Shown here: positions 9,519 to 18,966 of the stretch, in pieces | Numbering within the stretch: position 1 is the first letter of the stretch | How the letters are laid out: the number at the start of each line of letters is the position of its first letter | Assembly (NCBI GenBank): GCA_965221895.1 | Contig: CBDCSX010000002.1 | Coordinates: 2,626,930-2,690,929, forward strand | From: Dehalococcoidia bacterium | Lineage (GTDB): Bacteria; Chloroflexota; Dehalococcoidia; Lucifugimonadales; GCA-2712585 | DNA length: 64,000 bases | Direction of reading: 5' to 3' | The notes under the pieces: generated by a model | Databases searched by the model: none | What the model saw: only the letters and a program-made list of their open reading frames with translations | What the model was told of the DNA's origin: nothing | Position numbers and translations under genes: made by a program

Positions 9519-9852
9519 GGTTTCTCGTTGGGACGGAGGATGTGGGGCGTGGGTAGAACGTGATAGCTATACATTGTATTGTGATGTAGAGGGGAAACCA
9601 TAGGGTTGGGGCTGCGGACTTGGGCGGGATGGGGGCTGGTGTGGTGGGCGACCACGAGGGAGGGCAGGTTTGAAACCTGCCCCTACGGGCGATATGACGG
9701 ATTGTTTCCGAGGCTGGCGCCACCCTACGGGTTGTTAGCAAGGTGGGTTTCAACAGCATGGAGACAGTCTATTTTCAGAGTAATGATATTTGGCACGTCC
9801 GGGAATGATGGAATCGGGTTGACCTTGTGGGCCTACGTAGAGGGTGGAGACG

Positions 9853-9894
9853 TTGACGTGGGTGTGGATGGGCCGTAAAGGTTGAGTAAGACTC
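9853..9894 (+). promoter_or_regulatory. Degenerate copy of the TA promoter/operator
   Basis: TTGACG -35 and palindrome GAGTAAGACTC, matching 12273-12315. Confidence 0.55.
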
Positions 9895-9913
9895 GGTAAC
9901 GGGGGGGCGGTAG

Positions 9914-10070
9914 ATGCCAAGAACGACGAAGATGATTACGTTCTCGCTGGCCCCGGAGATGGTGGAGAGGGTGGACCGGGTGACGAGACGGCAGGGGAGA
10001 CGGCGGAGAGGGTTCCTGCGAGAGTCAGTGCGGGCAACGGAAGCGGCGGTGGGGGAACCAACGCGGTGTC
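9914..10070 (+). pseudogene. Truncated CopG/ribbon-helix-helix antitoxin (copy 1)
   Basis: MPRTTKMITFSLAPEMVERVD… similar to 12334-12594, then breaks down. Confidence 0.75.
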
Positions 10071-10799
10071 GTGATGGTATATCGTCTCTTTTCTGAACAC
10101 AGTTTGGCGGAGTTGTACGACGCGTTCTGCGCGGGAAGGAAGGACTTCGGGTTCTATCTTCCACTGGTGATGTCGGCGAGAAGCGTACTTGATGTGGGCT
10201 GCGGTACGGGTGAGTTACTTCGCTTGGCGAGGGAAGCTGGACACACCGGCCGACTGTGCGGGCTCGATCCTGCCAATGCGATGCTTGATGAGTCACGGAA
10301 GCGGTCAGACATAGAGTGGGTGCTCGGTGACCTAACTTCGGTGGACTGGTGTCGAGAGTTCGATCTCGTCGTAATGACTGGTCATGCGTTTCAAGTGTTC
10401 GTCGATGACGACCAACTGAGAGAGTCGCTGACCGCAATACGGTCGGCACTTACGGGGGCCGGACGCTTCGTGTTCGAGACACGCAATCCACTCGCCAGGG
10501 AATGGCGGAACTGGACTCCTGGCAACGCGGCAGAGGTTGTGCACAACGGCCGTGTCGTGCAAATGGCACACCAGGTGGAGACCCACGTTGTCGGCGACAT
10601 TGTCTCTTTCACCGCTACATTCACAAGTACAAGCTGGAACCGGCCTCAGATCAGTCGAAGCGCGCTGAGATTCCTTGGGACAGAATTGCTGTCCTCCTTC
10701 CTTTCTGGGGCGGGCTTGGCAATCGAGGAACTGTTCGGAGATTGAGACCTGCAGGAACTTACGGACACTAGTCCGGAGATCATTACCGTAGCACGTTGA
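10071..10799 (+). pseudogene. Class I SAM-dependent methyltransferase with a premature stop near the C-terminus
   Basis: VLDVGCGTG motif I; TGA at 10743-10745 in FGD*D (expected FGDWD), followed in frame by DLQELTDTSPEIITVAR*. Confidence 0.75.
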
Positions 10800-10893
10800 G
10801 CCTGAGCCGGGAGTCGGCAACCTCGGCGGACAGTCTGCTAATGAACTTGGTCAGTGTGGAAGAGGTAGTGAACAGGCCAGAAACGGGGGATAG

Positions 10894-11180
10894 ATGCCAA
10901 GAAGCACAAAGAAGATTGCGTTCTCGCTGTCCACGGAGATGGCGGAGCGGGTGGACCAGGTGACGAGACGGCAGGGGAGATCCAGGAGTGGGTTTCTGCG
11001 GGAGGGTGTGTTGCGATACATTGAGGAGTGTGAGTGAAGACGGCTCTCCAGCATGGAGAACAGAGGGTGAGGGAGAAGAGGATTGGTTCCGAGAACGTGG
11101 CTGACTTGGTGGAAGAATACCTGGCTGAGGTTGGCGACCTCCTACGGGCATGAGAGTTGTTTTGGGCACGAACGTTATGG
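10894..11180 (+). pseudogene. CopG antitoxin with nonsense codon plus the start of a PIN toxin (copy 2)
   Basis: MPRSTKKIAFSL…EECE* (TGG to TGA relative to the intact copy); ATGAGAGTTGTTTTGGGCACGAACG resembles the PIN start at 12591. Confidence 0.8.
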
Positions 11181-11284
11181 GGATGCTCCCTTTGACAAAC
11201 GTTGATTCCTCAGCGTAGGGTAAAATTCCCATAGTTTTAAGAGTAGCTAACATTCTACCGGACGTTGATGGCCGGGTGGATAAA

Positions 11285-11443
11285 ATGGAGAAAACGCAAG
11301 ACGGGGATTACGACCTCATATTGCGGCTGGAGACTAACCACAGCGAATTGATTGCCATCGTCAAAAGCGTGGATAGAATTCTATCCGCAGTCCAACATGA
11401 GTTGACGCATCTACGGCTGTTGCACGAGAGGATAAAAAGATGA
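11285..11443 (+). CDS. Small hypothetical protein (52 aa)
   Basis: Open ATG-to-TGA frame with ATGA overlap onto the next gene; absent from the ORF track because of length. Confidence 0.45.
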   Translation: MEKTQDGDYDLILRLETNHSELIAIVKSVDRILSAVQHELTHLRLLHERIKR

Positions 11444-11865
11444 AAGTGATTGCGATTCTTGGTTTGGTGCTGGCCTTGGCGGTTGCATGTGGTGGAGGCA
11501 ACGTGTTCGACATCGGGGTAGGGGATTGCTTCAACTACGAGGAATCTGATGAGATAACTGATGTCGAGTTCACACAGTGCGATGATCCGCATCAGCGCGA
11601 GGTGTACGCTGAAGTCTCGATCGACGTGGCCGCAGGCATGGCGTACCCTGGTGATTACCGCGTGGATGAAGTGGCGTCTAACCTCTGTTTGAAGCGCTTC
11701 GACGAGTTTGTCGGGACTTCCTACTTCGACTCGGCGCTCGAGATCGAGGCGTTCACCCCGACACGGGATTCGTGGGAAGACGAAGACGACCGAAAAGTCA
11801 GTTGCTTGCTGTACGACCTCGAAGACCTCTACATGGAAGGAACCATGCGGGGCAGCGGCCGATAA
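11440..11865 (+). CDS. Lipoprotein with a Septum_form-like domain
   Basis: Lipobox LAVAC; VGDCF…CDDPHQREVY…C…W..DRKVSCL. Confidence 0.75.
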   Translation: MKVIAILGLVLALAVACGGGNVFDIGVGDCFNYEESDEITDVEFTQCDDPHQREVYAEVSIDVAAGMAYPGDYRVDEVASNLCLKRFDEFVGTSYFDSALEIEAFTPTRDSWEDEDDRKVSCLLYDLEDLYMEGTMRGSGR

Positions 11866-11959
11866 TAGCTGATGACAATTACCTGATTTCCAACTGAGAC
11901 ACTGCCCAGACTTGAGACCGGGCTTGGTAATTGCTAGTTGGCCAATAGAGGAGTTTGGC

Positions 11960-12057
11960 CATGTCTCCGCTGGTGGAGATGCTGCCGTTGCTCAATAGAG
12001 ACTGGAAGGTCCGGTTTCTTATGAGGTCGAAGAGGGGGTTATTGATTCTGGGGCGCA
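11960..12057 (-). pseudogene. Duplicated 5' fragment of the MFS gene (copy of 9420-9517)
   Basis: About 94% identical over 98 bp; differences are mostly non-synonymous. Confidence 0.85.
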
Positions 12058-12272
12058 CTGGTTTTTACGGAAGCGGGCGCGCACGAGGGATGCCCCTACG
12101 GGGGAAGGTGGAAAGGGGTGCCCACGAGGGGCGGCCCTACGGAGGAAGGTGTGGGGAGGGTTGAGCTTAGGACGACGGGATTCTTCGCTGCGCTCAGAAT
12201 GACGTGTTGTACGCCCTTGAATGACAGGAGTGGGTGGACACAAGGCCTAGAACTACATCTAGGGTGGAGACG

Positions 12273-12315
12273 TTGACGTGGGCTTGGAGAGTGCGTAGCA
12301 TGGTGAGTAAGACTC
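12273..12315 (+). promoter_or_regulatory. TA promoter with a palindromic operator candidate
   Basis: TTGACG-17-TAGCAT, then GAGTAAGACTC inverted repeat near the expected transcription start. Confidence 0.65.
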
Positions 12316-12333
12316 GGTAATGGAGAGCGCACA

Positions 12334-12594
12334 GTGCCAAGAACTACGAAGACGATTACATTCTCTTTGCCCCCGGAGTTCGCGGAAAGAGTGGACCAGG
12401 TAACAAAACAGCAGGGAAGGTCCAGGAGCGAGTTTCTGAGGGAGGCTGTGCTTCGTTACATGGAGGAGTGCGAGTGGAGGCAGCTGCTCCAGTATGGAGA
12501 GCGGAGGGCGAGGGAGAAGAGGATTGGCCCTGAGGACGTGGCTGACCTGGTGGAAGAATACCGAGCTGAGGTTGGCAACCAGCTCCAGGCATGA
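12334..12594 (+). CDS. CopG/ribbon-helix-helix antitoxin (intact copy 3)
   Basis: TITFSLPPE…SRSEFLREAVLRY; ATGA overlap with the PIN gene. Confidence 0.85.
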   Translation: MPRTTKTITFSLPPEFAERVDQVTKQQGRSRSEFLREAVLRYMEECEWRQLLQYGERRAREKRIGPEDVADLVEEYRAEVGNQLQA

Positions 12595-12995
12595 GGGTCG
12601 TCTTGGACACGAACGTCATTGTCTCAGGTCTGAACTTTCCTGGTAACGAACGTTTGGTTCTCGACCTCGCCCTGAGGGGACGATACGAGTTGTGCCTATC
12701 CCCATTCATTTTGGAGGAGGTGGCCGGGGTGCTCGTGCGCAAGTTTGGTTGGGCGGAGGAACGCTCATCCGAGGCCGTCAGGGTGTTGCGGGATTCTGCT
12801 ACCGTCATTGAACCCACCATGCGCCTGCAAGTGATTGAAGGGGACCACGCAGACAACCGCATCCTGGAGTGTGCCGCGACTGTTGGTGCTGATTACCTAG
12901 TGACGGGCGATCGGAGACACTTATTGCCTATGGAGAGACATCTGGGTGCGAGAATTCTTAATGCCCCGCGGTTTCTATTGGAGTTGGAGGGGTGA
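12591..12995 (+). CDS. PIN-domain toxin (VapC-like, PIN_3 type)
   Basis: MRVVLDTNV…DNRILECA…ADYLVTGDR.HLL. Confidence 0.92.
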   Translation: MRVVLDTNVIVSGLNFPGNERLVLDLALRGRYELCLSPFILEEVAGVLVRKFGWAEERSSEAVRVLRDSATVIEPTMRLQVIEGDHADNRILECAATVGADYLVTGDRRHLLPMERHLGARILNAPRFLLELEG

Positions 12996-13201
12996 TTGCG
13001 AGGGCTTAAGGAGATTCTTCGCTGCACTCACAGTATCTGTGATGTAAGTCGAGGGGTCTTGGCGTACGGGCGAGGGAAGGCTGACGTGTCTGAGATAGAT
13101 ACTATCCGCCGAAATCTCGAGATTCTTGAGGGGGCATTTCATGACTGTAGGACCGAGAATCCTGACTAGTGTCGGTTCATTTGATTGGAAGGAGTCCCTA
13201 A

Positions 13202-13345
13202 GAGTGTGTCTAATAAATCCCTTTGTTACCTCGAGCGCTCCATGTCACCTTGAGTGAAGCCGAAGGATCTGGAGTTGGAGGGGCGGACTTCGCTGCCTAA
13301 CAGATGTTTATGCTTCGCTCCACCGGTGCCTTTTTAGACACCCTC
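13202..13345. mobile_element. MITE family 3 (144 bp)
   Basis: Imperfect TIRs GAGTGTGTCTAATAA / TTTTTAGACACCCTC with TAA on both sides (3-bp TWA TSD, IS5/IS1031-like). Confidence 0.65.
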
Positions 13346-13350
13346 TAAGT

Positions 13351-14118
13351 GTGGCAATAGAGGCGGCTCAGGCGGCTGGGAGGGTCCTGCTGGCTCGATT
13401 TCGCCCACCGGCAAGCGCTTCTTTGGATCTCCAATATAAAGGACCCGGGGACTTGGTTACTGATGCGGACTTGGCTGCTGACCGAGCCATCACAGATGTG
13501 TTGGATGCACGGGAGGATGCAGGAAACATACTTTCAGAGGAAAGCAGCCATTACAAAGGCGACAGCCATAGAACTTGGCTCATTGATCCTCTATGCGGGA
13601 CACTCCCTTTCAGCACTGGTCTTGCTCAATGGGGCGTGAATATAGCTCTTTGTGTCCGCTCTCAGCTAGAGGTCGGAGTGATCGCGCTTCCAGCAACCGG
13701 TGAAATTCTAAGCGCCGCCCGCGGCCATGGCGCCTTCCTGAACGGCAAGAGATTGGTTAGCCAGGAGCCTCCCGGGCTACTGCCTGATGTCCTGTTGGCG
13801 TTCGAGGGAGACAAACGCAGATTCACTAACTCTCAGCGCGCGCTTGAGCATGCGGCAGGTAAGCAGTACACATTCGCGTCGGCCGCGTTTCCCTTGGCCC
13901 AGATTCTACTGGGCCGACTTCATGGCTTCGTTGGGCTCGACGTAGATGTCCATTCTGCCGCCGGAACCGTGATTGCGAGGGAGTTGGGCATTCGTGTTAC
14001 CGATGAGGCAGGGATTGACGTCAACTGGACACCGGATAATACGTCCGACGCTCTGGTGGTTGCTTGGCCAAGAACCCACTCTACTCTTCTTAGTAGGGTG
14101 AACTTAGAGCCGAATTGA
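13351..14118 (+). CDS. Inositol monophosphatase family protein with variant motifs
   Basis: DLVTDAD…ILSEE…WLIDPLCGT…AAG. Confidence 0.85.
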   Translation: MAIEAAQAAGRVLLARFRPPASASLDLQYKGPGDLVTDADLAADRAITDVLDAREDAGNILSEESSHYKGDSHRTWLIDPLCGTLPFSTGLAQWGVNIALCVRSQLEVGVIALPATGEILSAARGHGAFLNGKRLVSQEPPGLLPDVLLAFEGDKRRFTNSQRALEHAAGKQYTFASAAFPLAQILLGRLHGFVGLDVDVHSAAGTVIARELGIRVTDEAGIDVNWTPDNTSDALVVAWPRTHSTLLSRVNLEPN

Positions 14119-14129
14119 TGATAAAGAAG

Positions 14130-14650
14130 GATTTGGGGAGGACTGGGGAGGGCTGGATTCTCGCCTTCGCAGGAATAACGGAGGGGAGAATCGTCCTTAC
14201 GGGAGAGAATGTTGTCGGACACGGGGTTCATCCCCATACCAACCTTCCCCCCTTGAGGGGGAGGGGATTTGTTGGCGTGCTACTGCAACGAGATTCCTCG
14301 GCTGCGCTTCGCTGCGTTCGAAATGACATTTGGGTAGAGGGTCAAGACGGGCGACCACAAGGAGCCTGTTTCATAAGTCCTCACCCATGATATATGCCAA
14401 GCATTTTAAGACGCTTTTCGACGACTTCCCTAGGGAGAGCATGGAATATGGCCCCAAGGTTCGTCCTTTCTACGAAAGCAGGAATCCAGAAGGCCCAATT
14501 CTCGGAGAGATCCGACTTATGAAACATGCTCCAAGGGTCGCCCCTACGAGGGAAGGTGGCAGGTGGCAGGTGGTGTCCATGTATCGGAAGAGGGCGCCCA
14601 CGAGGGACGCCCCGACGGGGGCAAGGGCAGGTTTGAAACCTGCCTCTACG
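14130..14650. repeat. REP-like cluster
   Basis: Several hairpin types, including GGGCAGGTTTGAAACCTGCC and GATTCTCGCCTTCGCAGGAAT. Confidence 0.85.
14362..14531. mobile_element. MITE family 1, type A (170 bp)
   Basis: TIRs; TSD CAAG; empty site GGGCGACCACAAGGGTCGCCCCTAC. Confidence 0.92.
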
Positions 14651-14672
14651 TAGAAGGTGGTGTCGTGGGGGG

Positions 14673-17141
14673 TTAGGTGGCTACTATGTTGACGAGGCGG
14701 CCGGGGACGTAGACTAGCTTTCGGACGGTTTTGCCCTGGGTGTGAGCCTGAACTCGTGTGCTGGCTAGGGCAAGCTGGCGTACTTCTTCTTCCGAGATGG
14801 AGGCGGGTGCTTGCATGCGGTCTCGGAGGCGTCCGTTGACCTGGATGACAAGGGTAATTGTTTCCTCCGACGTCAGGGCGGGGTCCCACTTGGGGAAGGA
14901 GCGGTTGTGGATGCTGTAGGGGCGGCCCGAGCGTTCCCAGAGCTCCTCTGCCAGGTGGGGTGCTAGGGGGGCCAGCATGAGGAGGAATTTTTCGGCGCAT
15001 TCGCGCCAGAGAGCGGAGTCTACCGCTTTGCCGCTCCACGCCTGGGAGAGGTGGTTGGTGAATTCCATGAGGCCGGCGATGGCGGTGTTGAACTTGAAGC
15101 GGTCCAGGTCTGTATAGACTTTCTCTATGGTCTGGTGAAGCTTTCGGCGGGTGTCGTTTGGGCCGCTGCCGTTGACGGCGTCGGGGAGGTCCGTGGGGTC
15201 ACGCTGGAACAGGTCCCAGATGCGGTTCGTCCAGCGGGAGATGCCGTTGATGCCCGTGTCAGTCCAATCGCCGCCCTGGTCCCATGGGCCGAGGAACATG
15301 AGATAGGCGCGAACGACGTCGGCGCCAAAAGTTTCGACGTACTGGTCGGGGCTGATGACGTTGCCGCGGGACTTGCTCATCTTGGCGCCGCCGGCGATGA
15401 TGGTGCCCTGGTTAAAGAGGCGGAGGAAGGGTTCGTCGAAATTGAGCAGACCCATGTCCCGCATGCCCTTGGTGAAGAAGCGGGCGTAGAGCAGGTGCAT
15501 GACAGCGTGTTCTGCACCGCCGGTGTACTGGTCGACGGGGAGCCAGCGATCCAAGAGGTCGGGGTCAAAGGGGGCACCCTTTTCGGTGGGGCTGGCGAAG
15601 CGGAACATGTACCAGGAGGAATCGACGAAGGTGTCCATAGTGTCGGTCTCTCGCTGGGCGAGCCCGCCGCAGCCGGGGCAGGTGGTGTTGACGAAATCCT
15701 CGTTGATGGCGAGGGGGGACTCGCCGGTGGGCTTGAACTCGGCGTCCAGCGGAAGAAGGACGGGCATCTGGTCGTCCGGAACTGGGACGGTTCCGCAATC
15801 TGCGCAATAGACGAAGGGGATGGGGGTGCCCCAGTAACGCTGGCGGGAGACGAGCCAGTCGCGAATGCGGTGGGAGACGGTGCGGCGACCCCAGTTGTTG
15901 GACTCCACGAGGTCGGCAATGGCCGCGGCTCCTTCTGGGCTGGGCATGCCGTCGAAGGGGGCGGAGTTGACCATCACACCCCGTCCAGTGGAGGCGTGGC
16001 CTGGGTCCGGTTCTTGGCCTTCGGGCGGTGCAATGACGGTGCGGATGGGGAGTCCATGTTTCTGGGCGAACTCGTAGTCGCGCTGGTCGTGGGCGGGGAC
16101 GCCCATGACGATGCCGGTGCCGTAGGTGGTGAGGACGTAGTCGGCGATGTAGAGGGGAATGCGTTCGCCGTTGAGGAAATTTACGGCGTAAGCGCCGAGG
16201 GGGACGCCGGTCTTTTCTCTTTCGGTGGAGAGCCGATCGATTTCTGTCTGGCGGCGGGCCTCCTCAATGTATGCCTGGACGGCGCTGCGCTGCTCAGGGG
16301 TGGTGAGGCTTTCGACGAGGGGGTGTTCGGGCGCAAGGACCATGAATGTGACGCCGTAGATGGTGTCGATACGGGTGGTGAAGGTGCGAATTTCTTTGGT
16401 TTCCAAGTCGTAGTGGGAGATGTCGAAGGCGATTTCGACGCCTTCGCTGCGGCCGATCCAGTTGCGCTGCATGGTGAGGATTTTCTCGGGCCAGTCGATG
16501 AGGCTGCTGAAATCGAGGAGCTCGTCGGCGTACTGGGTAATGCGGAAGAACCATTGCTTGAGGGAGCGACGGGTGACGAGGGCGTCGCAGCGTTCGCAGG
16601 CGCCGTTGACCACCTGCTCGTTGGCGAGGACGGTGTTGCAGGAGGGGCACCAAACTACGGGGGCTTCGCCGCGGTAGACCAGTCCGTGTTTGTAGAACTG
16701 GAGGAAAAGCCACTGGTTCCAGCGATAGTATTCCGGCAGACAGGTGACGATTTCGCGGTCCCAATCGTAGACGGCGCCCATGGTGCGGAGCTGGCGGCGC
16801 ATGTTTTCGACGTTACCCAACGTCCAGGGGTGGGGGTGGATGCCGTTGCGGATGGCGGCGTTTTCGGCGGGAAGGCCGAAGGCGTCGAAGCCCATGGGGT
16901 GGAGGACGTTGAAGCCCTGCATTCGGCGAAAGCGGGCGTGGCAGTCGGAAGGGGCCATGACGTACCAGTGGCCGACGTGTAGGTCGCCGGAGGGGTAGGG
17001 GTACATGGTAAGCTCGTGCCACTTGGGGCGGGGGTCGTCGTCGGGAGTATGGTAGATGCGGTCTTGCTCCCACCGTTGCTGCCACTTGTTGTCGATTTCC
17101 TTGGCGGGGTATCGAACGTCAACGCGTCTTGTGGTGGTCAT
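14673..17141 (-). CDS. leuS: Leucyl-tRNA synthetase
   Basis: PYPSGDLHVGH (HIGH), KMSKS, CP1 editing domain (TTRIDT…GTG..MGVPAHDQRD). Confidence 0.98.
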   Translation of the reverse strand: MTTTRRVDVRYPAKEIDNKWQQRWEQDRIYHTPDDDPRPKWHELTMYPYPSGDLHVGHWYVMAPSDCHARFRRMQGFNVLHPMGFDAFGLPAENAAIRNGIHPHPWTLGNVENMRRQLRTMGAVYDWDREIVTCLPEYYRWNQWLFLQFYKHGLVYRGEAPVVWCPSCNTVLANEQVVNGACERCDALVTRRSLKQWFFRITQYADELLDFSSLIDWPEKILTMQRNWIGRSEGVEIAFDISHYDLETKEIRTFTTRIDTIYGVTFMVLAPEHPLVESLTTPEQRSAVQAYIEEARRQTEIDRLSTEREKTGVPLGAYAVNFLNGERIPLYIADYVLTTYGTGIVMGVPAHDQRDYEFAQKHGLPIRTVIAPPEGQEPDPGHASTGRGVMVNSAPFDGMPSPEGAAAIADLVESNNWGRRTVSHRIRDWLVSRQRYWGTPIPFVYCADCGTVPVPDDQMPVLLPLDAEFKPTGESPLAINEDFVNTTCPGCGGLAQRETDTMDTFVDSSWYMFRFASPTEKGAPFDPDLLDRWLPVDQYTGGAEHAVMHLLYARFFTKGMRDMGLLNFDEPFLRLFNQGTIIAGGAKMSKSRGNVISPDQYVETFGADVVRAYLMFLGPWDQGGDWTDTGINGISRWTNRIWDLFQRDPTDLPDAVNGSGPNDTRRKLHQTIEKVYTDLDRFKFNTAIAGLMEFTNHLSQAWSGKAVDSALWRECAEKFLLMLAPLAPHLAEELWERSGRPYSIHNRSFPKWDPALTSEETITLVIQVNGRLRDRMQAPASISEEEVRQLALASTRVQAHTQGKTVRKLVYVPGRLVNIVAT

Positions 17142-17342
17142 TTTTGGCTGCTTCGTCCTGCTTAGGTTTTATGGTAAGGAATTATACACCGAAGGGAGGG
17201 GAGGTGTGATTCCTCGGCTGTGCTTCGGTGTGCTCAGAAAACCGATAGGGCTGGGCAGCGGTCCGTGGAGTGGACGGTGGGGGTTGGAGTGGATGGGTCC
17301 CCTCCTCCGCGGGAGCACTGTGAGGGGGATTTGTGGCTGGGC

Positions 17343-17458
17343 TTATTCGTTTCAGTGGGGATTCGTTTTTTTCTGTGGTGGAAACGAAGGGTGGGTTGGG
17401 ATAGGGTGATGTGCCATTCAATGGGAAGATGGTAGCAGGGGAGGGCGAATTGAGGCAA
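17343..17458 (-). repeat. Promoter-plus-hairpin repeat, copy 1 of 3
   Basis: Minus strand TTGCCT-18-TACCAT, then TTCGTTTccaccacagaaaAAACGAA; similar at 23711-23830 and 36238-36350. Confidence 0.7.
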
Positions 17459-17479
17459 GGGAAAGTTGGCAATTTGGGG

Positions 17480-17699
17480 GAACTGGATTCCGGCTCGGGG
17501 GCCGGAATGACGGTTATACAAAGGTCTCCCTCCGCGGGAACAACAGGGAGGTACGAGGGCACCGGATGGAAGAGAAGATGGGTCCCCGCATCCGCGAGGA
17601 CAAGAAGTGGGGGAGGTTTTTCACCCACATCCCTTCGACAAGCTCAGGGCAGGCTCTAGCCTTCCCCCATCCGTAGGGGGAAGGGAGGGAGGGGAGGGT
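17480..17699. repeat. REP-like cluster with an isolated MITE family 2 right end
   Basis: GGAATGACGGTTATACAAAGGTCTCC and GTCCCCGCATCCGCGAGGAC. Confidence 0.7.
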
Positions 17700-17728
17700 T
17701 TGACAGTGGGGGAGGATGGTAAGATACT
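17700..17728 (+). promoter_or_regulatory. Sigma70-type promoter candidate
   Basis: TTGACA-17-GATACT upstream of RBS GGAGG and ATG 17763. Confidence 0.5.
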
Positions 17729-17762
17729 GGCTTGAGTACGGCGGTAAATGGAGGAGGCAGGC

Positions 17763-18635
17763 ATGAAGGTGGGCGTAGTCTTTCCCCAAACGGAGATAGG
17801 GACGGACCCTGGAGCCATCAGAGAGTACGCCCAGGCGGCGGAATCGTTGGGATACGACCATATTCTGGCCTACGACCACGTGTTGGGGGCGGACGCCGAC
17901 TATTACGGCAACTGGACCGGTTCCTACAGGCTGGAGGACCAGTTCCACGAACCCTTTGTGCTCTTCGGATACCTGGCGGGCCTGACGAAGACGATTGAGT
18001 TCACCACGGGGATAATCATTCTGCCACAGCGTCAGACGGCGCTGGTGGCGAAGCAGGCGGCGACGCTGGACGTGCTGAGTGGCGGGAGGCTGCGCCTGGG
18101 CATCGGCATAGGCTGGAACTACGTGGAGTACGAGGCGTTGGGGGAGAATTTTAGAAATCGGGGCCGCCGCAGCGAGGAGCAGATAGCGTTAATGCGGGAG
18201 CTGTGGACGAAGGAGGTTGTGACCTTCGAGGGTCGGTGGAACCGGGTTGTCCGGGCGGGGTTGAACCCGCTGCCGGTGCAGCGTCCGATTCCGGTATGGT
18301 TCGGAGGCGGCTCGGAGCAGGTGTTGAAGCGAATTGGGGAGACGGGGGACGGATGGATTACGACCACTCGACAGGTGGGGCTGAATGACGCCTTTCGAGG
18401 GATGATTGAGCGGATTCACGGGCACGCGCGGGAAGCGGGGCGGGATCCTTCGGAGATTGGCATAGAGGGGACGATCAACGCGGGTTCGGGTTCGCCGGAG
18501 GACTGGGCGGACGCCGTTGCCGAATGGGGGACGTACGGGGCGACGCACATTACGCTCAACACGATGAATTCCGGTTACGAGACGCCGGAACAGCATATTG
18601 AGGCCATTAGTCAGTTCAGGGAAGTGACGGGGTGA
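17763..18635 (+). CDS. LLM-class, probably F420-dependent, oxidoreductase
   Basis: MKVGVVFPQTE…YDHV…FHEPFVL…LPQRQT..VAKQAA.LD.LSGGRL; start chosen from the RBS. Confidence 0.9.
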   Translation: MKVGVVFPQTEIGTDPGAIREYAQAAESLGYDHILAYDHVLGADADYYGNWTGSYRLEDQFHEPFVLFGYLAGLTKTIEFTTGIIILPQRQTALVAKQAATLDVLSGGRLRLGIGIGWNYVEYEALGENFRNRGRRSEEQIALMRELWTKEVVTFEGRWNRVVRAGLNPLPVQRPIPVWFGGGSEQVLKRIGETGDGWITTTRQVGLNDAFRGMIERIHGHAREAGRDPSEIGIEGTINAGSGSPEDWADAVAEWGTYGATHITLNTMNSGYETPEQHIEAISQFREVTG

Positions 18636-18696
18636 GGGGAAGAAGGAAGAAGGGAGGGGAATGGCTTCCGGCTTTAGCCGGAATGGCGGTTGGAGT

Positions 18697-18889
18697 GTGT
18701 GCTCCGGGGGCGAGATTCTTCGTCGCGGAGCCTCCTCAGAATGACATGTGGGTAAGGGGAAGAAGGGGGAAGGGAGAATATGAGAGAGGGAATGGGTTTA
18801 GTTGGTGTGCTCCGGGGGCGAGATTCTTCGTCGCGGAGCCTCCTCAGAATGACATGCGGGTAAGGGGAAGAAGGGGGAAGGGAGAATAT
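18697..18889 (+). repeat. Two ~85-bp direct repeats containing a REP-like hairpin
   Basis: 18697-18781 and 18805-18889 differ by about one base. Confidence 0.85.
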
Positions 18890-18966
18890 AGATTCCGGCT
18901 TTCGCCGGAGTGACGGGTCTATTTCGTGTTTAGTATGAAACTGAACTTTTTGGAGTAGGGGGGTAC

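Noticed and set aside
10743-10745. Selenocysteine at in-frame TGAs in the methyltransferase, CopG copy 2 and DUF4160 copy 2 (50943)
   Set aside because: Positions are not redox Cys sites (Trp in the intact CopG copy; probably Trp/Arg in the others); no SECIS-like hairpin noticed; best read as nonsense transitions.
13080-13170. Short ORF fragment VSEIDTIRRNLEILEGAFHDC…
   Set aside because: Too short to assign; possibly a gene remnant, with no supporting motif.
15051-16982. Long antisense ORFs (643 aa over leuS; similar over ppdK, sdhA, pimA)
   Set aside because: Shadow frames of high-GC genes, with low-complexity G/V/A/D-rich translations and no motifs.
17141-17340. T-box leader upstream of leuS
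   Set aside because: No T-box consensus; a TATAAT box lies only about 40 nt from the start.
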